64,000 nucleotides of DNA from Candidatus Velthaea sp. Lineage in GTDB: Bacteria > Vulcanimicrobiota > Vulcanimicrobiia > Vulcanimicrobiales > Vulcanimicrobiaceae. The notes under the pieces were generated by a model. That model was not told the origin of the DNA. It did not search any database and worked only from the letters and a program-made list of their open reading frames with translations. Position 1 is the first letter of the stretch. The number at the start of each line of letters is the position of its first letter. The DNA lies in assembly GCA_965214935.1 (NCBI GenBank), contig CBDCCS010000021.1, forward strand, positions 128,001 through 192,000, read 5' to 3'. Shown here in pieces: positions 38,288 to 47,123 of this stretch. The translations under genes and the position numbers were made by a program.

Positions 38288-40656
38288 TGCGCGCACCGCT
38301 GGCATGGCTGCGCGATTACGTCGATCTGCCCGACGACACCGCGGCCATCGTCGCAAAATTAGCGACGCTCGGTTTTCCGGTTGAAACCGTCGAAGCGCGG
38401 CCGTCGATCTCCGGTGTCGTCGCGGGCACGATCGTTGCGGTGACGAAACATCCGAACGCCGACCGGCTCGTCGTGTGTACGCTCGACGTCGGCGCACCGG
38501 CGATGCTTACGATCGCAACGGCGGCGACGAATGTAGCCGAAGGCCAGATCGTCCCCGTTGCGCGGATCGGCGCGCGTCTGCCGCAGCTTACGATCGAGCC
38601 GCGCAAGATGCGCGGTGTCGACTCGCAGGGGATGTTGTGTTCGGCCGACGAGCTGGGTTTGCCGGCCGAATGGTTCGACGACGGCATCATGCAACTCGAT
38701 GCCGGCGTGCCGAACGGCACCGACATCGTCCGCTTTTTCGGTCTCGATGCGCCGGTTCTCGACGTGGAAGTCGGCGCGAATCGCGGCGATGCGTTGTGCA
38801 TGGTCGGGATCGCGCGCGAGCTTGCCGCCGGCTTTGATTCCATCTTGCGAATGCCCGATACGACGTCGCGGGCCGTCGACGGCGATGCGGGCAACGTCCG
38901 CGTCACGCTCGAAAGTCTCGACGTTCGCCGCTACGTCGCACAGCGTGTCACGGGGCTTACGGTCCGCCCTGCAAGCGCGTGGATCCGCATTCGGCTCGCG
39001 CTTGCCGGGCAGCGCCCGATCTCGAATCTCGTCGACATCTCGAACTTCGTAATGCTCGAACTTGGCCAACCTTTGCACTTTTTCGATTATGCTAAGATCG
39101 CGGGCAAACACATCATCGTGCGCGACGCACGCCCCGAGGAAGTCCTGACCACGCTCGACGGCGTCGAGCGCGCGCTCGATCCGACCGCACTGGTCATTGC
39201 GGATGAAGCTCGTGCGACAGGCCTAGCGGGGCTCATGGGCGGCCTCATCAGCGAAGTCTCCGCCACGACGCGTGAGATCGTCATTGAAAGTGCCAACTTT
39301 GCCGGACCGCGCATCCGGCGCATGAGCGTCAAGCTCGGGCTGCGCACCGAAGCTTCGACTCGCAACGAAAAGCAGCTGCCGATCGCCTTCGCCGACCTGG
39401 CCGCGCACCGCGCTGCCCAGCTGCTCGCGCTCGAAGGCGGTAGCGTTTATCCGCCGCGAACGTACGGCGTTGCACTCCCTGAATCCGCGCCGATCGCGCT
39501 GACCCGTACCGACGTAGAACGTCTGCTCGGCGTTGCGCTGTCGCTTAGTGAAATGCAGCAAGCGCTGGAAAAGCTCGGATTCGCGGTCGAGCCTCTGATC
39601 GACGGCGACGTCGAGCGTCTAGCCGTCACGGTGCCCGTTTGGCGCGCCGATGTAACGATCGCACCGGACCTCGTCGAAGAGATTGCGCGCATCATCGGCT
39701 ACGATCGTTTACACGCCGAAATCCCGCCGATTGCGCCGCAGGCGCTGCAAAGCGAGACATTCGATCGCGAGATGACCCTTGCCGCAACGCTGGCAGGGCT
39801 CGGTTATCAAGAATGCCTGACGCTCGCGCTGCAGCCGCGCACGATTGCCGACGGCTGGCGCCGGTTCGGCATCGACGTCGCGCCGGTCGTCGAAATACGC
39901 AATCCGCTGTCGGAAGATCAGCGCTACATGCGGTTTTCGCTGCTCCCGGCGCTACTCGAACACGCGGCGCGCGAACGTGCGGTGCGGCCGCTCAAAACCT
40001 TCGAGCTCGGTCATATTTTCGCCGAGGTCGCCGGCGAACCGATCGAAACAAACGCGGCCGCAATTTTGATCGTAAGTAAGCCCGTAGCAGGTCAACCGGT
40101 TTGGCGCGATGCCGCGTTTTTGGCAGCAGCGAGTGACGTTACCGCCTTGCTGCGTGCGCTTACGGGTGGCGATGCGCGCCTACAACGCGGCGCGGCACCC
40201 GGTCTGCATCCGGGAAAAACGGCGGAGATTTTCTGTAACGACATTTCCGTCGGCTTCATCGGCAGTGTCGATCCGCGACTCAAACGTGCAGCCGATCTCG
40301 ATGACGACGCGGTTGCAGCCCTGCTGCTCATCGATGCCTTACCGCAGCGCATGATTCGGCGTTACGTCCCGCTCTCAAAGTATCCGGCGGTCGAACGCGA
40401 TCTTTCCATAATCGTCGATCCGGCTGTTGCCGCTGGCGCATTGCTTGCGACGATTCGGGCCGCGGAACTCGTGCGTAGCGCAAAGATTTTCGATGAGTAT
40501 CGTGGACCGCAAATCGGTTCTGACAAAAAAAGTATCGCCGTGCGCGTGGTGCTGCAGCGCGACGACGCAACGCTAACCGATGCGGATGCCGACGCCGCGA
40601 TCGGTACGATCGTCGCGCGGTTGCGCGCTACGCACGACGCGATTTTACGCGAATGA
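38287..40656 (+). CDS. pheT: Phenylalanyl-tRNA synthetase beta subunit
   Basis: KHPNADRL, MRGVDSQGMLCS, NRGD, GQPLHFFD, DLVEEIAR, FDEYRG. Confidence 0.98.
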   Translation: MRAPLAWLRDYVDLPDDTAAIVAKLATLGFPVETVEARPSISGVVAGTIVAVTKHPNADRLVVCTLDVGAPAMLTIATAATNVAEGQIVPVARIGARLPQLTIEPRKMRGVDSQGMLCSADELGLPAEWFDDGIMQLDAGVPNGTDIVRFFGLDAPVLDVEVGANRGDALCMVGIARELAAGFDSILRMPDTTSRAVDGDAGNVRVTLESLDVRRYVAQRVTGLTVRPASAWIRIRLALAGQRPISNLVDISNFVMLELGQPLHFFDYAKIAGKHIIVRDARPEEVLTTLDGVERALDPTALVIADEARATGLAGLMGGLISEVSATTREIVIESANFAGPRIRRMSVKLGLRTEASTRNEKQLPIAFADLAAHRAAQLLALEGGSVYPPRTYGVALPESAPIALTRTDVERLLGVALSLSEMQQALEKLGFAVEPLIDGDVERLAVTVPVWRADVTIAPDLVEEIARIIGYDRLHAEIPPIAPQALQSETFDREMTLAATLAGLGYQECLTLALQPRTIADGWRRFGIDVAPVVEIRNPLSEDQRYMRFSLLPALLEHAARERAVRPLKTFELGHIFAEVAGEPIETNAAAILIVSKPVAGQPVWRDAAFLAAASDVTALLRALTGGDARLQRGAAPGLHPGKTAEIFCNDISVGFIGSVDPRLKRAADLDDDAVAALLLIDALPQRMIRRYVPLSKYPAVERDLSIIVDPAVAAGALLATIRAAELVRSAKIFDEYRGPQIGSDKKSIAVRVVLQRDDATLTDADADAAIGTIVARLRATHDAILRE

Positions 40657-41189
40657 GCTTGACCTGGCCGGATCTCGTCATCGGCGGCCTTGCGCTGATG
40701 TTCGCGCTCAAAGGCTGGAAGCGCGGCTTCGTGTCGGAATTAGCCGGAGCAGTTGCGGCATTCGTGGCAATCGTTGCAGCGATTCGCTATCCCGGTTCGC
40801 TCGACGATCTCGCGCAGCGCTACGCGCATGCAAGTGCGGGTGCCGCCCACGTTGTCGGCATGGTCGTCTTCGCCGTCGCCGTGTATGCCGCCGTCATGGC
40901 CGTGGCATGGATCTTCAGCCGCTTTGCAAAGCTGCCGGTCATATCGTTCGGCAATGCAATCGGCGGCGTGCTTGTCGGCTTGACCAAAGCGTTCGTCGGC
41001 GCGTGGGCCGTCTTGTACGTGGCATTATTTTTCCCGCTTACGCATGACATTCGCACGGATCTGCGGCGATCGACGATGGTCGGCATCGTGACGCAGCCGA
41101 ACCGGACGGTCGATGGATTGATGCGCGGCGCGCTGCCGTCGTTCGTCAAGCCGTTTGCCGACCCGATCTTTACCAATCATCGTGTCTAA
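40653..41189 (+). CDS. cvpA: CvpA-family membrane protein
   Basis: D...GWKRGFVSE motif, four TM helices, NAIGG..VG. Confidence 0.85.
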   Translation: MSLTWPDLVIGGLALMFALKGWKRGFVSELAGAVAAFVAIVAAIRYPGSLDDLAQRYAHASAGAAHVVGMVVFAVAVYAAVMAVAWIFSRFAKLPVISFGNAIGGVLVGLTKAFVGAWAVLYVALFFPLTHDIRTDLRRSTMVGIVTQPNRTVDGLMRGALPSFVKPFADPIFTNHRV

Positions 41190-41254
41190 GCACCGTATGA
41201 AAAGATACAGAAAATCTGTTTTGCGGGTATACTGATGGCCTGAAAGGGATTCTC

Positions 41255-41782
41255 ATGAGTGATTTCCGCGAACGGCTCGTCGTCCTAAGCCGGGATAATG
41301 AAGCTACTCGCAACTTCGCTGCGTTTCTCAGCGAACAAACAGCCGGCGACGCCCGCATACGGGTTCCGCTCCGGCTTCCCGTCAATGTTTTTAGCGACCG
41401 GCGCGCGCTCATCGAGCGGCGCGTCATCGCGACATTGTTATCGGTACGCTCGATCGACGATGCGTCGCCGGCCTATTCGGTGGCTTGGACATCGCAAGCA
41501 ACACAGCCGTTTCCGCACGTGACCGGCGCGCTCAATGTCGAAAAAAGCCCGCTGGACGACCGTATCGTGTTGCTGCTGAACGGCCACGTCGGGCCGCCAT
41601 CGGAGCAGCAATCCGAATCTGCCGGCGACGTAGATTCCATGCTGAACCTGCGCATTGCGCAAGCAGCCGCCCGCGATCTTTTACGCGCGATCGCAGAATT
41701 CATCGAGAATGCCGCCGCGCACAACGCCGCCGCTCGAGCGGGGCATTATCGCCGGTACCCCGCAACGACCGCCGTTCGCTAA
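41255..41782 (+). CDS. Hypothetical protein (SRPBCC-like fold suspected)
   Basis: W...PFP..G.L...L.G..PP...RIAQAAARDLL pattern; AAAGGGA SD. Confidence 0.65.
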   Translation: MSDFRERLVVLSRDNEATRNFAAFLSEQTAGDARIRVPLRLPVNVFSDRRALIERRVIATLLSVRSIDDASPAYSVAWTSQATQPFPHVTGALNVEKSPLDDRIVLLLNGHVGPPSEQQSESAGDVDSMLNLRIAQAAARDLLRAIAEFIENAAAHNAAARAGHYRRYPATTAVR

Positions 41783-41796
41783 ACGGCGACCTCATT

Positions 41797-42963
41797 TTAC
41801 GCCGGTACGGCGTGTTCCATGAGGAAAACTTCAAGAGCCGCTTTCGCGCCCGTGCCGAGTTCGGCGATGTGACCGGCGTCGATGAGCGCGAGTTCGAGCG
41901 CACCGAGCATTCCGAGAATATCGGCTTGCGAAAGATCGCCCATCGTACCAATGCGAATGATCTTGCCCTTGAGTTCGGCTTGTCCGCCGCCGAGTGTAAT
42001 GCCGCGCTCCTCGCGCAACGTCCGGCGAACTGCGTCACCATCGATTCCGGCCGGGACGTTGACGGCGACGACGGTTACGGAGTGCGCGTCGGGGAGCGAA
42101 TAACTCTCGAGCCCTAACGCTCGACATGCGGCGCGAATAGCATGCGCGTATCGGCTATGGCGCGACCACACATTCGGCGGACCGTCGGCAAGATACCGGT
42201 CGAGTGCGGCGTCTAATGCGTATACGATCGATACGGGCGGCGTCCACGGAGTCTGACCGAGCTGCGCGAAATCGCGCGCCTTTTGCAGATCGAAATAAAA
42301 GCGCGGCGAGACGTTCTGAGCGATCTTCGTCCAGGCGCGCGGCGATACGGCAACCATTGCAAGCCCGGGCGGTGCCGCCAGAGCTTTTTGCGATGCCGTC
42401 ACGACAATGTCGAAGCCCCAGGCATCCATCAAGAATTCGCTTGCAGCAAGTCCGCTGACCGAATCGACAACGACGTACGCGCCATGCTCGCGTGTAATCT
42501 CCGCTAACGGCGCCATCGCGTTTTGCACGCCGGTCGACGTCTCGTTGTGCGTGAGCAGAATACCGCTGATCTTCTTCTCGGTGTCGGCCGCAAGGCGCTT
42601 GCGCAACGCCTCCGGGTCGACGCCGCTACCCCACGCCGTGTCGAGCACTTCAACCGTGCAGCCGAACGACTTGGCGATGCCGACGATCCGCTTTCCAAAG
42701 ACGCCGACCGGGCATGCCAGCAAGGTCTCACCGGGGCCGAACATATTCCCGACGGCGGCTTCTAAGCCGCCCGTCCCCGAAGCGCCGAGAACGAGAATGT
42801 CGCCGGCGGTCGTACCGAACACCGGTTTGAGCCGAGCCGAGATGCCGTCGATGAGGTCGCGGAACCGCGGACCGCGGTGATCGATCATCGGCTGCCCGGT
42901 TGCCGCCAACACCGGTTCGGCAACCGTGACGGGTCCGGGGATGAACAACAGCTCTTTGGGCAC
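41797..42963 (-). CDS. Class V PLP aminotransferase (serine-pyruvate/alanine-glyoxylate family)
   Basis: IPGP, HNETSTGV, DSVSG, SQKALAAPPG, RIGTMG. Confidence 0.95.
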   Translation of the reverse strand: MPKELLFIPGPVTVAEPVLAATGQPMIDHRGPRFRDLIDGISARLKPVFGTTAGDILVLGASGTGGLEAAVGNMFGPGETLLACPVGVFGKRIVGIAKSFGCTVEVLDTAWGSGVDPEALRKRLAADTEKKISGILLTHNETSTGVQNAMAPLAEITREHGAYVVVDSVSGLAASEFLMDAWGFDIVVTASQKALAAPPGLAMVAVSPRAWTKIAQNVSPRFYFDLQKARDFAQLGQTPWTPPVSIVYALDAALDRYLADGPPNVWSRHSRYAHAIRAACRALGLESYSLPDAHSVTVVAVNVPAGIDGDAVRRTLREERGITLGGGQAELKGKIIRIGTMGDLSQADILGMLGALELALIDAGHIAELGTGAKAALEVFLMEHAVPA

Positions 42964-43093
42964 GCGCGTAGTACTCCGAACGTTGGGGATGCACGGGCTG
43001 AATTAGCGATTTTTCATTCCGAGTCCCCCGCTCGGCAGCGCACGCGATCGACGCTACGAACACGATGCGATCGAGTAATCGAGACGGTCGGGA

Positions 43094-43134
43094 GATCGAG
43101 ACGATCGAGACGATCGAGACGATCGAGACGATCG
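43094..43134. repeat. 9-bp tandem repeat (GATCGAGAC) x4.5
   Basis: Four exact copies plus GATCG, with degenerate copies from about 43069. Confidence 0.95.
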
Positions 43135-43469
43135 TGGAAACGTCGGGTCTAGGGCTCACTGCACGTTTCCGACTGTTTACATCTTCGGTCGTGCTTGCCA
43201 CGCAGGCGTAAGCGCGCACGACATTGATGAAATGCCGCGCCGCAACACACGCGTCGCCTGCTTCGCATTGTAGCCGCGCAAATGCGCAGCCTAATCATTC
43301 GATTATTGTCGGCCCGAAAACGTACGCGTCGACGGCGTTTGTGTCGTAGCGCGCAATGCGAGACACGGATTGTCACCCCAAATTGCTATCGTTGATTAAA
43401 CTATGGCCGCAACGACCGCTTCGTAGCAGAATGAAGTCGGCGATCGAGTCGCTGAAACGGGAGCAGTAC

Positions 43470-44165
43470 ATGAAGATTGGAATCATTGGTTCGGGCAATA
43501 TCGGCGGCGCGCTGACACGCCGGTTTCGTTCGGCCGGCCACGATGTCAGCGTATCGAACTCGCGTGGTCCGGCGTCGCTGACCGACCTTGCGCGCGAGAC
43601 CGGTGCGAAGGCAGTTTCGGTCGAAGATGCCGCGCGCGGTAACGCTGTCGTCGTCGTTGCAATTCCCTTGCAGCAGGTTGCCGATTTGTCGCCAAGCCTA
43701 TTCGCCGGGGTCTCGGCGAATACGATCGTCGTCGATACGAGCAATTATTATCCGCGCGAACGTGATAGACGGATAGACGACATCGAAGCGGGTTTGACGG
43801 AAAGCGGATGGGTGGAACAGCGGCTCGGCCATCCCGTCGTCAAGGCGTTCAATACAATTTTTGCACAACATCTCTTGGAGAATGGTCAGCCGGCCGCAAC
43901 CGCCGGTCGTATCGCCCTTGCCGTGGCCGGCGATAACTCGACGGCAAAGACGACCGTCATGCGGCTCATCGACGAGATCGGCTTCGACGCTCTCGATGCG
44001 GGAACCATTGCGGATTCGTGGCGGCAACAGCCCGGCTCACCCGGCTATTGCAAAGACTTCGACCTTGCCGGTGTTCGACGTTCGCTAAGCGATGCGCAAC
44101 ACGAACGTACCAACCAATGGCGCGCAACCGCAAATAGTCCCGGCACGTACGAGCAGCCGGCGTGA
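43470..44165 (+). CDS. NADPH-dependent F420 reductase-family oxidoreductase
   Basis: MKIGIIGSGNIG, SNSRGP, DTSNYYP.RD, VVKAFN, SWRQQPG. Confidence 0.92.
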   Translation: MKIGIIGSGNIGGALTRRFRSAGHDVSVSNSRGPASLTDLARETGAKAVSVEDAARGNAVVVVAIPLQQVADLSPSLFAGVSANTIVVDTSNYYPRERDRRIDDIEAGLTESGWVEQRLGHPVVKAFNTIFAQHLLENGQPAATAGRIALAVAGDNSTAKTTVMRLIDEIGFDALDAGTIADSWRQQPGSPGYCKDFDLAGVRRSLSDAQHERTNQWRATANSPGTYEQPA

Positions 44166-44647
44166 TGGGAAAAGCGGTAACCGTCTGACCCGATCGTTTC
44201 GCCGCCTTGCGCGGCAATGCGCTAGGATACAAAACGCAGCACGAAAACACGGGCGGATCTTTACTATCTGACACGTACGGGATGCGGTCGCCGCGAGTTG
44301 TACCGTTCAGCACAACGGGCTCGTAGCGATTGCCGGACGATCGGGCCGATGTTACAAGAACATTGGCCCCGGTCATCAACCTTCCGTCAAGGCCGTCGAT
44401 CGGATTGATTAACTGACGTTCATCCGCGTAAAGGGCGCCGAATATACGTCTCGATGCATATGCGGTCTGCGTCAAGTCACTTGCGTGCGCAGTTCGCACG
44501 GATTTCATCCGGGTTGCGGATCGCTCGCGTCGGAGGTTTTGCATGGTGACGCCGCGTGCACGGTAAAGTGAAACGTTTCGCGGACGCAATGTATGCGAGG
44601 TGAAAGTGCTCGACAGCTAGGATGCCGTTCCGGCCGTTTCGTATCGG

Positions 44648-45109
44648 TTGACCGACGAAGATCTCAAACCGCTCATAGCGCTGCGTGCGAGTTCGGCTGC
44701 ACTCATGTGGCCTTTGTTCATCGCGGTGGGGATCGTTCAAGTCATCTGCGGGGCGGTCAGCGTGCAATGCTACGGCATCACCTTGTTGGCGGGCGCGCAG
44801 ATTGCAATCGGCGTGGTATGCGGCCTTCAAAGCTCGTTCGTCGGCAATCCGAGACTGTTTGGTTCGATTGTCGTCCCGAGTGTTTATTCCGATCGCGGTA
44901 TGATGGTCTGGCGCTTTCTCGAAGATCGCCTGATCGCCAAGCGTGCGCTCCGACGCCGCGCGGAATTGCGTACGATCGTGAATACGCGTTTACGACAGTA
45001 CCTGCGCGAGCTACATTGCACGCACCTCACGCCGGCGTGTGTACGAGCGGGCGCGCTGATTAGAGCGCTGCCTCCGGAGCGTCGGACGGCAAATCGTCAA
45101 CGGCAATGA
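44648..45109 (+). CDS. Hypothetical membrane protein, possibly a remnant
   Basis: Two TM segments; in-frame DAVPAVSYRLTDED upstream is cut by a TAG; 3' end overlaps the convergent gene. Confidence 0.35.
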   Translation: MTDEDLKPLIALRASSAALMWPLFIAVGIVQVICGAVSVQCYGITLLAGAQIAIGVVCGLQSSFVGNPRLFGSIVVPSVYSDRGMMVWRFLEDRLIAKRALRRRAELRTIVNTRLRQYLRELHCTHLTPACVRAGALIRALPPERRTANRQRQ

Positions 45110-45560
45110 GTCGTTCGACGACGTATGCGGTGACGAGCCCGTACAACGAACGCGGTAAGATGTCGGCAGCCCAATCCGCCGCAGACCACTTCGACCAATC
45201 CGTCGCACCGAGCGCCGTTGCGGAGCCCTCGCTGACAACGAGCGTTACGCCGCCGAGAATGAGGCCGGCGAGCGGCCAAGGTAACCAATCACGGAACGGC
45301 GGGCGTACTGCAGCATACACGAAGCCGGCGCCGAGCCCGACGCCGTAACCGAGCAGGGCGCCGGCGCCGCTGCGCCGGTTCTTCGGCTCAGCGCCTTCAG
45401 CGGATGCGAGTGCCGCTATGCCTAGGCGCTGCGCGAGACGTTGCGTGACGTCCGAGGGCAGCACGCTCGCCGGCCGCGCACGTACCAGCATGTCGGCATA
45501 CGTAAACACGTCGAGCGCGATCGTACCGGCTGCCCCGGCAAGAAGACCCTTAGCAATCAT
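45060..45560 (-). CDS. Conserved-looking membrane protein
   Basis: GLLAGAAGTIALD..TYADM..R.RPAS..P; Gly/Ala-rich TM helices. Confidence 0.8.
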   Translation of the reverse strand: MIAKGLLAGAAGTIALDVFTYADMLVRARPASVLPSDVTQRLAQRLGIAALASAEGAEPKNRRSGAGALLGYGVGLGAGFVYAAVRPPFRDWLPWPLAGLILGGVTLVVSEGSATALGATDWSKWSAADWAADILPRSLYGLVTAYVVERLIAVDDLPSDAPEAAL

Positions 45561-45826
45561 GACAATCCGTTACCCCGCTCGCCCGATTGCAACCCGCATC
45601 GTCCGTGGTTGCAAAGCGCCGTCATACACATCGCTTTTAGAACGCAGCGCAGCCGTCGTTAAGCAAGTCGCGTCCGGATCGAATGCAGCCGTCAAACCAG
45701 CGTTGTTTCGCGACGGCTGTTCATTGTTTCCGAGGAAGGCGGGCCCGGTCTCGATCCGCTAGATACGCCATGCGCGTGTAGAGGAGCGCGAGCGTCGCTA
45801 ACGGCGATTTCGCAGCGCTGATGCAC

Positions 45827-45861
45827 ATAAAAGCGACGGGCGCTCAGCGTACCCGTCGCTT
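45827..45861 (-). terminator. Intrinsic terminator after the S53 peptidase
   Basis: GCGACGGG/CCCGTCGC stem followed by TTTTAT on the minus strand. Confidence 0.75.
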
Positions 45862-45880
45862 GGAAGTCGCGTAGCGTGTA

Positions 45881-47041
45881 TTAGAAGGCGGCGATGCCGT
45901 TGGGGCTGCCTAAGCCGGTCGACTCGCTGTAACCTCCGCCGATCGGAAATAGCGCGCTGCGGTTTGCGTAAAGTGACGACGCTCCGTTCATCTGAGCGCC
46001 GTTTCCGGCGAGCGCATAGACTCCGGCTACGATCGGCGTCGCAACGCTCGACCCGCCCATGAGAATCCAACCCGAATCTTGATAGCTGTCGAATACGGCG
46101 ACGGGTGTCGCCGGATCGCCGACGGCAACGATGTCGGCGATCGTTCGCTGCGAGCACAGCGTATCGGTTTGCCAGGCTGGTTTCGGCGCAATGGTGCTGC
46201 AACCGCTCCCGCTACCGGCCCACGCCGTTTCGGTCCAGCCGCGCGCCGTCGTTGCGTCTTTCACTAAGTGGGTCGCGCCGACTGCAACGACGTTGGGGGC
46301 GGCGGCCGGCCAGTTGACGATACCGGCTCCCTGATCGCCGGCGGCGGCGACGATCGCCGCCGTGCCTTGCGGCCACTTCGCCGGTCCCTCGAGCGAAGAT
46401 TCCGGGACGACGTAGCTGTTGCTTACAACATCTGCATTGCTGACGGCGAAGGCCATGGCTTTCTCGAGATCTTTATCCGAGTCGCTTTTCGCCTCGACGA
46501 CGAGCAGCTTGCAATTCGGGCAAGCAGCGGAAGCCATGTCGACATCGATCGACATCTCACGCGACCAGTTCGGATCTGCCGGGACTTTCTTGAGCGCATT
46601 GATGGTCAAACAACCGTTTGCGCTCGTGCACGGCGGGAGACCGAACGTCGAGCGATAGACGCCAAGGTCGGCTTCGACATTGGGATCGTCGAAGGGAACG
46701 ACGATGGCGATCGTCTGGCCCATCCCCGCCGTGCCTGTGGGTAACGCGTAAGCAGCCTGCAAATCGGCCGGATGAAAGCCCGGCACGAATTGAGCCGGCG
46801 TCGTTGCCCCGTACGTCGCTGAAGCAAGCCGAATGTTCGAGCAATTGCCGACGCCGGCAACCGAGCCGCTCCACGCGCAATCAGCGGCAAATGCACGCAG
46901 GCTCTGCGCCGTGCGTCCGACACTTTGACTTGTTCCGACCGGGCTCGCTGTTGGTACGGACGATGCGGTCGTACCGCCGCTGCATGCCGGGAGCACGAGC
47001 GCGATTGCCACGACGCTAAAGATCAGGCTCTTTGGGACCAT
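45881..47041 (-). CDS. S53/S8 (sedolisin-like) peptidase, lipoprotein
   Basis: Lipobox LPAC; EMSID (ExxxD), AAGD, GGSSVATP; GGAG SD favours ATG 47041. Confidence 0.9.
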   Translation of the reverse strand: MVPKSLIFSVVAIALVLPACSGGTTASSVPTASPVGTSQSVGRTAQSLRAFAADCAWSGSVAGVGNCSNIRLASATYGATTPAQFVPGFHPADLQAAYALPTGTAGMGQTIAIVVPFDDPNVEADLGVYRSTFGLPPCTSANGCLTINALKKVPADPNWSREMSIDVDMASAACPNCKLLVVEAKSDSDKDLEKAMAFAVSNADVVSNSYVVPESSLEGPAKWPQGTAAIVAAAGDQGAGIVNWPAAAPNVVAVGATHLVKDATTARGWTETAWAGSGSGCSTIAPKPAWQTDTLCSQRTIADIVAVGDPATPVAVFDSYQDSGWILMGGSSVATPIVAGVYALAGNGAQMNGASSLYANRSALFPIGGGYSESTGLGSPNGIAAF

Positions 47042-47096
47042 ATACATTCTCCAAGGACCAAGGAGCGAGTCCTTGGTTAGTTTGCTTACCTTGGAT

Positions 47097-47123
47097 GTAT
47101 CGGCGTCGCGACTGTAAAGTTAA
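47097..47123 (-). promoter_or_regulatory. Sigma-28-like promoter
   Basis: TTAA-N15-GCCGATAC upstream of the S53 gene. Confidence 0.55.

Noticed and set aside
43069..43134. Repeat as a CRISPR array
   Set aside because: Contiguous 9-bp units with no spacers and no cas genes in the window
43966..44589. 207-aa minus-strand ORF
   Set aside because: Overlaps the F420-reductase gene, no SD or motif; at most eroded debris
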